A stretch of 64,000 nucleotides of DNA from Perna viridis (lineage: Eukaryota): assembly GCA_037379345.1 (NCBI GenBank), contig CM074525.1, positions 13,321,275 through 13,385,274 on the forward strand, read 5' to 3'. How positions within the stretch are numbered: the stretch's first letter is position 1; each line of letters begins with the position of its first letter. The translations under genes and the position numbers were made by a program. Below the pieces are notes generated by a model. That model saw nothing but the letters and a program-made list of their open reading frames with translations. It was not told the origin of the DNA and made no database searches. Positions 38,836-51,085 of the stretch are shown in pieces.

Positions 38836-39514
38836 AAGCAATTTTCTTTTAGGAGAAGTCTTTAGATTTTTTATTATTTGGTTGACTTTTCCGGACTTAT
38901 ACTTTAATAGTTGAACAACGTGTCCCAGTTGTTCACAATAGTATCACTAAGTTAAAACTTGAGATACATAAAATGACCGAAGTTAGTGTGTTACTGTGTG
39001 TAATCGGAAGGTCTGTGTCTAAACAATGTATGTCGTCGAAAAAAAATAAAAAAGGGGACCCCCTTACCACTTATGAACCAACTTCGAAGACGGTGGATGG
39101 GACCAAGGCCAATTAGTCCATCTTGGGACCAGGATGATATGTTAGCTCTACTTTAAAATTAGGACTAGTATTTTCCAAAATTTAGTAGGTACCTTTTATT
39201 AGTAGTTAATAAAATCATATCGAAATTTCAGAACTATTCGTCGACCACAACTCAAGTTATCTCACGAAAACGAAGTGTCCCCAGACGACTAGGACAACTA
39301 CGACGGCGACGACTTTGCCAACATTAAACGACCGTGAATAGTTAGTGGTTGTATAAAAAGAGGTATTCCTCCTTACCACTTATGTTCCAACTTCTTTGCT
39401 GGTGGCGGTGCAAGTGTGTAAATAACTGTAGAGGGCAATAATAAGGGTAAAAATTAAAATATCATCCTGGGAGGGGGTTAATTTTAATAAGTGGACACAA
39501 ATTCGCTGATATTT

Positions 39515-40027
39515 TAACCCGATGTCATATGATATTTAGACCCCGCGAAATATTTAACCCGGGGTTAATATATCGTGTGAAATAATGATTTCGGAGTTAT
39601 TCTAAGATAACTCCCTTATGATATCTTAACCCCCATAGCGGGCGTTAACTTATCGCAGAAGGGGGTTAATGTATCACAACATGGTGGGGGTTAAAATATC
39701 ACAGTAGGAAGGTTAAATATATCTGCAGGGGAGATAATTTATTGCAGCAGTGGGTTAAACTATCACAGTAGGAGGGGGTTTAGATGTTGAAGTTATGGGG
39801 GATTTTTAATAAGAGGCATGTGAAATTATTACAGTACGTGGGTTAGCGTATTGTAGCAGATGATTAAGATATCGCAGGAGGGGATGATTTATCATAAGGG
39901 GAGTGTAAAATTGTCGCAACAGGACGGTTAATAAATATTACAGCAAAGGGGGATTTGTCGCAGTTTGGGGTTACTTTATCGCAGCAGGGGGTAAAATATC
40001 ACACTTAATATCGTATGACACCGGGTC
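39515..40027. mobile_element. MITE-like element with ggggttaa subrepeats
   Basis: acccgatgtcatatgatatt is inverted relative to aatatcgtatgacaccgggt; degenerate ggggttaa.atatc.cag units lie between them. Confidence 0.55.
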
Positions 40028-40067
40028 AATATTTCACCAGGATTAAACAATGTATGGAAATTACCGC

Positions 40068-41140
40068 TTTTCAGCTCACCTCGCCATAGGCCATGTGAGT
40101 ATTGCCATCGCATGGCGTCCATCGTCGTCGTCGTCGTCGTCCGTCGTCATTAACAACTTTTCAAGACTCTTCTCCTCTGAAACTACTGGAGCAATCACAA
40201 CAAAACTTGGTATAATGTTTTTAAATGTTTTCTGCATAGAACTTATGTTGGGATTTTTTTTCCGTCGAAAAAACATGGCCGCTGTTATTAAAAGGTCAGA
40301 CAGAAGGTCTTCACACATATCTTCAAAACGATTAGGTTTAGTCAAATTCTGACAGGATAAAAGTGTTCAGTATGATGAGATCTATCTAGTTCTGCTCAAA
40401 TTTTTATTTTAATCTGTACAGCCATGTTGCAGTTATTGCCCTTTTTGGATGTTTTTCCCCTACTTTTAATATTATTTCTTTCAAATATCTTTTCCTTTGA
40501 CATTACATCAGCAGTAGGAACCAAACTTGGTATGAATTTTCCTTAGATTATTCTGCATAGAACACATGTTGGGATATTTGCTTCACCGAAAAACATAGCC
40601 GCTGTTACTATAAATAGAACAAAAAGATAAGTCAGAAGTGTTTCTCATATATCTCCGGTACCACCAGGTTTAGACAAATTATTTCAATTTTGAAAATGAT
40701 CCTTATTATAAGGCGTACAAAAGTCAGCATGCGATCAAAGTTGTCGGTCGATTCCTAAGAGTTATTTTCCTTGAAACGTGAACATGATTTTTTTTACAGT
40801 TTTCAGTCTATATCTTGAAAACTATGATGGATAGAGAGAAACTTCCAATAGCTCAAATGACCTTCATGATAAGGCCTACAAAAGTCTGCAGCGGATAAAA
40901 GTTACAGTTGTCGTACGACTTCTTAGAGTTATTTCTGTTGAAAAGCGAACAATGTTGTTTTTAGCAATTTTCATCCAATATCTTGAAAACTGTAATAGAT
41001 AGAACGAAACTTTCAATTGATGAAATGATCCTTATGATAAGTTCAGGAAAATTGTAAATTGTTACACAACTCTGGTCAGAGTCCTTGCCCTTGCAAAAAA
41101 TTAAGCTGGTAAGCGAGCCAGACTCCTTTGAGCCTCTTGT
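40068..41140 (+). mobile_element. Non-autonomous Helentron (DINE-1/CvA-like)
   Basis: 5' ttttcagctcacct...gtgag inverted motif, (gtc)n microsatellite, internal tandem subrepeats, 3' ggtaagcg...gactc..gagcctcttgtt hairpin-like end. Confidence 0.75.
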
Positions 41141-41460
41141 TGTATAGTGTATACGACAGAGGAAGATATGGAAATTCCCGATATGTGGATAATTGATATT
41201 CCTCAAGTAGGCCTACAATTGTATCCAAGTCCCAAGATGGACTAAATAGACCTTGGTCCCAGCCACCGATTTTGAAGTTGATACACATGTAGTTTCATTA
41301 AAAAAACATTTCAACGACAGAAGGTCCAGATAAGGAAATACCCATTATTATGGAAATTGATAGATATCAAGTAGACCTAAAATCTCCATTTCTATATGGA
41401 CCAGTTGACTTTGATTCCAGACACCAACTTCAAAATTAGTACATAAGTGGTAAGGGGGCA

Positions 41461-41700
41461 TCTTTTTATACAACTGCAAACAATTTGCGGTCGTATAATT
41501 TTATGGCGCAGTCGTCGTAGCAGTCGTCTTCGTCGTCTGGAGACACTTGGTTTTCGTGAAATAACCTGAGTTGTAGTTGATCAATTGTTTAGAAATGTTG
41601 ATACAATTTTACTAACCACTAATGGAAGGTTTCTATTAAATTTTGGGCTTTGTCGCCTTATCGTTTTAGAAAAAAGAGGCCAAAACATGTATTTTAAAAG
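41461..41700 (+). mobile_element. Helentron-like 5' end (inverted copy at 39150-39358)
   Basis: tttttatacaactgcaa...ttgcggtcgtata hairpin followed by (gtc)n. Confidence 0.55.
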
Positions 41701-43224
41701 TTTTATTAAAACCTATGTATATGTTTCCTTCCGCTTGTGATTTTCCTTTATTTAATTCTGATAATCAAATGTTTCAGCAGATTTTATGTGTTTCGGACCA
41801 TTTTCAAGATATACGTGTAGGGGGTCAAAGTATGGCATCGCCTCCAAAAAATCAACTTTTTTCAATTTTTGATCCGATTTTAAAATATTTTTATTTGATT
41901 TATCATTGAAATCCCAGCCTGCATTTATCACTCAGATTTCAGATATTTCTTACGATTTTCGAGTTATATATAAGGAGTCAAAAGGCCACACTAAAAACCA
42001 CTTTAATTAGATTTATAGTGCCGTAAATATAATACGAGTTACAGAAATGAAAATAACAAGAATTAGGTGAATATGTCAGAGAGAAAACAATCCCATCGAA
42101 ATGAAATGTTCAGCCCAAGGCTTCCCTTTGGGCTTAAATGAACGAGGAAATACTAATACCAGAGGGTAGCTGGCTCTAAAACATCATCACTGGTACAGCA
42201 ATAGAGTTGCGCTATATACTCAAGTTACGAGTTACTAAACGTCATCACTGGTCCAGCGAGAGTGTTGCCATATATACTCAAATTACGAGTTACTAAAAAC
42301 GAACTAAAAATGAACACGAAACAAGACGTACAGAGGCCGAAATTTCCTGATTAGGAAAAGGTGCTACAAAAAAATCGAAAAAAATACTATTTTAATACAA
42401 TCATCATGAAGTATAAAGTGCATAATAATTTAAATTTTCCAAATTTCACGTAGTACTTATTATTGAAAAGTAATTATGATAATTCTCTTTTAAAGTTCTA
42501 TAAGAAGTTAATCATTATTGACAGTTTTTTTTTCTAGTAACAGAATGACCTTCAAGGGAGACACTGAGACAATAAATGAAATTATCACAGTTCCCATGGT
42601 CAAAGTATTTTTTTGTTATTATCATTCAAAACTAATCAGAAATCGAATATTCGGTTTTTTATACGTAACAGTCTGATTCATAGGATTATAAGATACATTT
42701 TAGTTGTATGAGTAATATGTACGTGTACTTGTTGATAAAAGTATACTGCACGGGCGCCGATTCCTAAAGCCCTCCCCTTTCCAGTAAGTAGTTTTTTTTA
42801 TCTGAAATCTTGACTTAGTATAAATTGTTACCAAAAGAATTTTCTTCCTTCGCATTCTATTTACGCAAACTAACCTGAAATCTGGATCCGACCCTGCTGC
42901 GTATTCGATACCTTTGTTAATTACACTTAATTTATTATTATTTTTTCAAAATTTCATAACATCATTACAAATTAATTAGTACGTCATAGCATACAGACTT
43001 ACACGTATGTTTTATCATTATTCTTATTCTCTTCACGCAAAATATTTAAAATAGCGAAATCGAATGCGTGCATTTCACTTTTTTAATAATGTTGTTTGAA
43101 CACAGCCCAATCTTATAAATATTCATGAATATAGCTAGCTGCCATGCGGACTGGTTCCAACGGCTAGCTTCGCACTGGTCTCACTGGCCTTGTGCCACAA
43201 ATGTATAACGGCGTCAACATCAAG

Positions 43225-43309
43225 CAGGGTTACTTCCCCTATAACCGTTAGATCAGGGTTACTTCCCCTTTAACCGTTAGATCAGGGTTACTTCCCCTAT
43301 AACCGTTAG
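43225..43309. repeat. Three copies of a 29-bp tandem repeat
   Basis: cagggttacttcccctataaccgttagat. Confidence 0.9.
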
Positions 43310-43704
43310 GATATTATCACACTGAGAACACAAGGACTATTTCTCTACTAGACCAGCACAGATTTCCATTTTAAATCAGCATTAAACAGAGTAAACAACG
43401 ACCAGATCAGTGGGATGTGTGCACATCATTCTGTTTCGACGACGTATCAAAAGTGATACTCGTGACGTTTCCTTAACAATTAAGAACATATTTTATGTGT
43501 ATATGGTTTACTTCTGTGAATATGTTAAGTGTTAAGCTGAATACAAGAAAGGTAACAATATTTTTAATGTGAAATATTTTGAATTAAATTTGTTTTATCT
43601 GAATAAAAGTGTTAACCTTAATAATTTAAAATTTCCTGACACATACAGGTCTCAGTTCATAATAATGATTTCTTTCGCCTGGTGTTGATTTGTTTAAATC
43701 TATA

Positions 43705-44010
43705 CCCTCGAACTATCGCCCAGTATCTCTTATCAATTGTGTGGGTAAAATTATGGAAAGATTAGTTTATAAACATTTTTACAGTGACCTCGTCCGAAAC
43801 AGTTTAATTTGTGAATACCAATCAGTTTCTACGTACCACAACACTGACCTGTGGACCAGCTTTTAGAATAGTACAACACAGTTTTTAACTCAATGGAGAA
43901 AAAAGAATACAGTTGTTACGTCCTTCTTCTGCGACTTTTCGTAAACTATTTCCTCTAACTAAATTGTTTGCGGATGATACGTCTTTGGGTTACTCTATTT
44001 CGAGTCTTAA
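43705..44010 (+). pseudogene. Heavily deleted LINE RT relic
   Basis: NYRPVSLINCVGKIMERLVYKH and LFADDTSL. Confidence 0.7.
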
Positions 44011-46429
44011 ATACATAGAAAATGTCAAGTCCATGTACTGGGAGGGTCCACCGTGCACCCCCACTCATCAACTTCCACTACCGAATCAATTTGTCGCAAA
44101 AGAATATTCTAGGATTATTTTCAGTATAAGCCTATATTTGTATCCCACTGGGTCAAAAAGTCAAGATTTTTGTGACTCAATTGTTTGACCCTCTAAGTCT
44201 TCCTGGGATAGCATGTGTGAACAAACTAAACATATTAAGTTATTATCATATAGCCAAATGTTTCCGCTTTCCAATGATACCAAAAAACAGTCGCGGTAAA
44301 ACTTAGAGTTTAGTAGTAAAATGAAAATAATGTACCACTACCCCGCCGAAAATTGGCATATTTTTCAATGTCAAAACCCCTAGAGGATTTATGCTTAAAA
44401 AAATGCTTATTTGGTATTTTCTTTTTAGCATTTTCAAAATCTATGATTCCGGGGTTCTTTTGATGAATTTGGCCGATTTTCATTGGTTCTTTTGATGAAT
44501 TTTTCCGATTTTCGTAGTCAGAATTGATTCAAAAATACAAAAAAATGGAATTTTCCGTTTAAGTCAGATAAACTCTATTCTACACGTTATTGTTCAACTG
44601 AAACGTCCAAAATTTGATATCATTCGAAAGATAATTTTATTTTTTACATAAATGAACCACATAAAACTAATTTTAAAGAAAGATTCTTCAAAAAATGGTA
44701 AACATATTATCCATACCCCTAGAAAACTGGTCACAGTATCAAACGGAATTCTCATTCACATCATACCATGTTAACAGTGTAGAACTCATATTTTAAGCAT
44801 TCATTATTAAGATAAGGATGTATAAAAACATATCTGATCAAATTAGGCGCTTAGTTTTTTTTTCCTTTTCGGGTGACAGTTACTATAAAATCGGAAATTT
44901 CAGAATTTCAGAATGTTCTTCTATATCACCCGTTATTGTCTTTTCTTCAGAATTCTGTAGTTTAAACGAGCTTGTATATGATACAGCACATTAATATTAT
45001 GTCTAAGCTTCAAAATGAGCCTAATCAATAAATGTTAGGTGGGAAAATGCCACCCCTACCCATGAAAACATATCTGAAACAGACTATCTTTTGTTGTTAA
45101 AAATATAAGCAGTATAATTTGAAGGATCACTTTACGATCATAAATTTAAAATAAGTTTCAGAATCTCAAATAATACTCAGGTCATCCAAAATGAAAACAA
45201 TATCGTCATTGAATTGATACCCATTTATAGTATATAGAACTCAAATGAAATTTGATTCTTGTCAGTTGCTTGTTATGTGATCGAATCTTTTAAAATATGA
45301 ACTTATGTCTATGGATAGAAAATTTTCGATGATATAAATAATGTCCTCTAACTGTCGATGACTTAAACATGATTTGTGGCTTTGATATCATTTTGATCGT
45401 TATGTAAAGGTATCATTTACATACATACGTTATATTTGTTATTGCAATTTGCATGTCAAACGATCGATGTGAGAAACTTCTGACATTCTTACTACATGTA
45501 TTTAAATTTATTACATAAGGGAAGCTTTTAAAGACAATACTTATTCTAAAGTGCGTATACAGTTGCGATCGCTTCTAACCTATCTTCGATTATATCAGGG
45601 TCTGCTCTAAAAAAAAAGAAACAGATCTAAACTGTCCGAAGCAGTTCTGATACCCGACAACACGTCGTCAGGATCTGTCAGAAGTATGAATAAGCCCTTT
45701 CAGAATCTTTCACGGCTCGTGACACTCTCATGTCAGAACTACTCTGTTCTGTTTTACGTCATCCTCATATAATGTCTTAGCCAATCTTATTGAAGCTAAA
45801 TCCGTTTCTAAATGACGTGAATTAGAGACGTTCCTGACCCTACCTGACAGATTCTGGCAGTCACTAGTTAGAAAATACTTTTCTGACTGAATTACATACA
45901 GTACATGTAGTCTACATTATTCAGAAAAAAGGAGGCGTAACACCAAATTCTAGATTCGTACGAGGAGTAGGAAGCCTTACTATGTATTGAACTTGTGTTT
46001 TACAGCCTACAGTACCAAAACAATTGTTCGGAATAGCCCTCGCTTTACCTACCACACCAGGTGCAACGCCGATAACTTTGAAGAATTTGGACAGATATTT
46101 ATTTGTCGCAGCCCCCAGGCCGCAGCGCCACAAAAGTAAATAACTACTTAAGTCAGAATAGTCTTCACTTCCTTGGTAATTTTAATCAACGTCTTTTAAA
46201 TTGTTGACGTCACAAACAGTTAAGAACATGTCAAGTTTAAGAATTTCGAATGAAATACATGTGTAGCAGTGACAGTATGATAATGATTTATGTTATACTT
46301 CATACAAATATCTTAAATTCTGTTTGGATAATGGGTAATGAGTTATTTTAGTCTAATCCTTGAACATCCCTTTACTTGCCCCGCCCCCAATGAACATTGA
46401 TTGGTTGATCGCTATAGCACCCCAACGTC

Positions 46430-46715
46430 AACGATATATCACTCGATATATCACCCTCCTGTACGATATATCACTCGATATATCACCCTCCTGTACGATA
46501 TATCACCTCCGACGTCACGATATATCACCCTCCACTAACATGTATCAGCTCACCCCGACGACACGATATATCACACTGTCGTATTCAGTATAATATAACA
46601 CACTGTCTGTAGTAGAGGGTGTTGCTCTTCGTATCACACTCTGTAAATATATATGACCCTCGACTTCGTCTCGTGTGATACTACAGCGTAACACCCTCTA
46701 CTACAGGCAGTATGT
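46430..46715. repeat. cgatatatcac subrepeats followed by an inverted repeat with about 38-bp arms
   Basis: Arms 46602-46639 and 46673-46711. Confidence 0.75.
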
Positions 46716-46749
46716 GTATGATATATATTTTTACATTTTACAGTATAAT

Positions 46750-47350
46750 ATTAAACACTTTTGGAATTTAAAATGCTCACACTCATACATTTTGCTAAAA
46801 TTAGCATTTTAGTCATTCATTTATAACCCCGTAGAATATAAAAGTGCTCGCACTCATACATTTTGCAAGAATATGTCATTTTATAGAACTTTGTTTCAAA
46901 TGTATCGTCTTGCAGTCAACGACATGATAGTGAAATGGAAATTTAGCACTTTACCCACATTATTGTACTATAAAAAAATAGCATTTTAATCATTACACCC
47001 CCTCATGAAATATAAAACTGCTCTCACTCATACAATAATACCAAAAAAATATAACGTTTAAAGAATTTTGATTTGAATTTATGTGTTGCAGCCACCCACA
47101 TAATAGTTACATGGTATAATTTAGCATTTTACCCATATTAATGCTATATGTAAAAATTAGGATTTTATTTATTAATTTTATGGAATATTAGTGTTCTCAC
47201 CCATACATTATGCAAGAATATGACATATAATAAGAAATTAAATTCAAACTTATGTAGCCACCCACATGATAACAATATTGAACAATTTGAACATATTTTT
47301 TTTCAATAAATTTAGACCTTTATGGACATTGGAAGTGCTCACACTCAATT
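46750..47350. repeat. Degenerate tandem repeat (gtgctcacactcatacatt anchor)
   Basis: Anchor recurs at about 46773, 46843, 47019, 47192 and 47335. Confidence 0.6.
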
Positions 47351-47819
47351 TTTAGAGTTTTAATTAAAAACATAGGTGAAAGCAAGTAAATGAAATCACA
47401 GTGACTAAATCTATAAAAAAACTATTTAACCAAATTTAGATTTATTCTAAAATGAAATAAGTGAAAAAGTTTCATTAGAAAATATTGAAAATCAATGATA
47501 ACATTCTTCTAACCATAGCTACAATATCACAAGCAACAGAAATACTACTATTTATATATTAAACCATGAAATTTAGTTTAACAAGAATCCTAATGAACGT
47601 AGGAATAACCAAAACTGACCGTATTCAAATCAGAAGAAATATGATAGAATACTCAATAATTACTCAAAGATATACAAATGAATAATGCAAATAACCAAAT
47701 ACGGCAAAGGCCGATGATATGACATTCACATGGAAAATGACCTGAGAAAATTAATCACCCTAGATTGACACCTGCAAATAAAACTATATATAGGACAACT
47801 ATTAGTCAAATGGGAATTG

Positions 47820-48350
47820 CGCTAAATATGTTCGACAGACGGGTATTGTTTCACATGTGTTAAACAGACGGATTATATTTTTCATTTGTTTTTCATTGTC
47901 TAACGTATGTTGGACAGATAGAAAGTACTTTACATGTGTTCGACAGACGGGTATTGTGTACCCTGTAACCTGTATTGAACAGACGGGTATTGTGTACCCT
48001 GTAACCTGTATTGAACAGACGGGCTATGTTTAACATGTGTTCGACAAACGGGTATTGTGTTACATTTGTTCGACAGACAGTTATTTTGTTACATGCGTTC
48101 GACAGACGGATATTGTGTTACATTTGTTCGACAGACGGGTATTGTATTACATGTGTTCGACAAACGGGTATTGTTTTACATGTGTTCGTTAAACGGGCAT
48201 TGTTTTACATGTGTTCGACAATCGGAACGTGTATTGTTTTTCATGTGTTGGACAATCGAAACGGGTATTGTTTTACATGTGTTTGACAGACGGGTATTGT
48301 TTTGCATGTGTTCGTTAAGCGGGTATTGTTTGACATGAGTTGGACAGAGT
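47820..48350. repeat. About 30-bp minisatellite (gttcgacagacgggtattgttttacatgt); second, more decayed array at 51110-51720
   Basis: Visible tandem units. Confidence 0.9.
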
Positions 48351-48539
48351 GTTTTTATAAATCATGTATTAAAACAGACTGACAGGTAAAAAATATTATG
48401 CCCTTCACAACTTGGTTGCATGTGGTATAAATACCATCATATCTGTTTAATTGTACCAAACATCTGTCTATAAGGAACTAATTTTGAAGTTTAAATTCTG
48501 TTTATACACTAAAATAATTGACAAAAGGTATAAAGACTA

Positions 48540-49600
48540 CCTCCAAACTTAACGTAACACAGACAGACAGACTAACAGAAGATCACTTTATGCACACGAC
48601 TACTTAACAAGATGTATAAAAACTACCTTCAAACCTTAAGGGTGACAGATAAAAGACAGACTGACATGAGAGCACTTTATACACATGACCAATCAACCTA
48701 ATGTATAAAAACTACCTTCAAACCTAACGTGTAACAGACAGACTGCCATGATATCACTGTTCACACTTGACCAATTAATCAAATGTATAAAAAAAACCAC
48801 AAACATTAGGTGTGACAGACAGACAAACTGACATCAGATCACTACTTACACTTAACTATAAACCCGACATCAACATACCTCAAAACCTAACGTGTAACAG
48901 ACAGACAACAAAACTAACATGAAATCACTGACAGACAGACAGACACGAGATCACTATACATAATTAACATATTAACAATAGCCATAGAGATATAATAACA
49001 TAAAGTGTGACAGACAGACAGACACGAGATCACTATACATACTTGACAAATTAACAAGAGCCATAGAGGTATAATAACCTAACTTGAGACAGACAGACAG
49101 ACACGAGATCACTATACATACTTGACAAATTAAGAAGAGCCATAGAGGTAAAATATCTTTACCTGTGACAGACAGAAAGACACGAAATCACTATACATAC
49201 TTGACAAATTAACAAGAGCCATAGAGGTAAAATAACCTTATCTGTGACAGACAGAAAGACACGAAATCACTATACATACTTGACAAATTAACAGGAGCCA
49301 ATAGGTATAAAAACCTAACGTGCGACAGACATACAGACAGACATGAGATCACTATACATACCTGACAATTTAACGAGAGCCATAGAGGTTAAATAACCTA
49401 ACGTGCTACAGACAGACAAACAGACATGATATCATTATACATACTTGACAAATTAATGAGAACAATAGAGGTCTAATAACCTAACGTGTGACAGACAGAC
49501 AGACAGACAGACAGACACGCAGACACGAGATCGCAATCCATACTTGACAAATTAACAAGAGCCATAGAGGTATAATAACCTAACTTGAGACAGACAGACC
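48540..49600. repeat. About 70-bp minisatellite containing (acag)n
   Basis: gacagacagacacgagatcactatacatacttgacaaattaacaagagccatagagg units. Confidence 0.9.
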
Positions 49601-50029
49601 AGAGGTCCCCCGCCTAATCACGACCTCTTTTAATACACAAAATATAGTTCGGTGCAAATGAAAATGAAAGTAGAAAAAAAGATAAACATAACAGTGTATA
49701 CATTATACAATAACAGCAATAACAAAAACAATATGCAGATTATAAAACAGTAAAACAATAAAGTTTTTTTTACAGACAAACAGAAGCTGTGCTTATAGCT
49801 CAACGTTAAATATTTTACTGAACGATTATGATATCATTTGTTGGCTGATTTCGCAAGATTAGCCTGTTAAGTGCATCTCAACAGTTGGATTTTATTTGAC
49901 TTTTATAACATAATACATAATATATATATAATTTTTAATTTTTCCTAACATTCTTAATTGACTATAAAAATATACAAATATATTTTACATTCATTTATCA
50001 ATGATCCATACGAAAATACATATGGTATA

Positions 50030-50310
50030 TAACATTGGGTTACCCATGGTCCCCTATTGAAACATACATAATAATATAACGTTGGTTACCCATGGTCCTC
50101 TAATATAGGAACAAACAAATATTAATAACCCTGGGTTACCCATGGTCCCCTATAGGAACATACACATATAGATATAAAATTGGGTGACCTTTGGTACCCT
50201 ATATGAACAAACATATATAGATATCACACGGGGTTACTCATTGGTCCCCTATAGGAACATACATATAGATATAACACTGGGTTACCCATGACCCCATAGG
50301 AACAAACAAA
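50030..50310. repeat. About 48-bp minisatellite (gggttacccatggtcccctataggaaca)
   Basis: About 6 units. Confidence 0.85.
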
Positions 50311-50314
50311 ATGC

Positions 50315-51085
50315 TCCCAAAAGTATCAAGATACTTCTTCACAAAAGAATCTAGATGCTTCTAACAACTATCTAGATACATATTAAAAGTATCTCAATAC
50401 CTCTTTCAAGTATCGAGATTCTTTCCACAAATATCTAGAACGTCTCAAAATCAACTAGATGCGTTGCACAACTATCTAGCTACTTCTAAACGGCATTTAG
50501 ATGCTTCTGAAAAGTATTTAGATACTTTGCAAAAGAATATAGATGCTTCTCACAACTATCTAAATACTTATCGAAAGTATCTAGATTCTTCCCACATGTA
50601 TCTAGATACTTCTCACAAGTATTTAAATACTTCGCAAAAGCATCTAAATACTTATCAAAAATATCTAAGTAATTGCAAAAGCATATAAATGCTTGCCACA
50701 ACTATGAAGATACATTTATCAAAGATACATCGATGATATTATTTGGTTGTATCGTATTCATGTGAAGTAAAAGGTACCAATATAATTGTGAGGATCATCT
50801 CTATATGTGTGAAAAAAATAATTAGATAGTTGTGAGAAGCATTTACATATTTTCGCGAAGTATACAGATACTTCGCAAAAGCTTCTAGATGCTTTTGACA
50901 ACTGTCTACATATATGTACTTATCAAAAGTATCTAGACATTTCTTAAATTCTCAGATTCTTTACAAACTCATCAAAAATATCTAAGTAATTGCAAAAGCA
51001 TATAAATGCTTGCCACAACTATGAAGATACATTTATCAAAGATACATCGATGATATTATTTGGTTGTATCGTATTCATGTGAATG
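50315..51085. repeat. 21-bp satellite (aagtatctagatacttctcac) with a 112-bp exact duplication
   Basis: Units at 50320-50690; 50654-50765 is repeated at about 50971-51083. Confidence 0.85.

Noticed and set aside
50464-50701. Heptad-repeat ORFs on both strands
   Set aside because: The 21-bp satellite with a palindromic tctaga core gives open frames by chance
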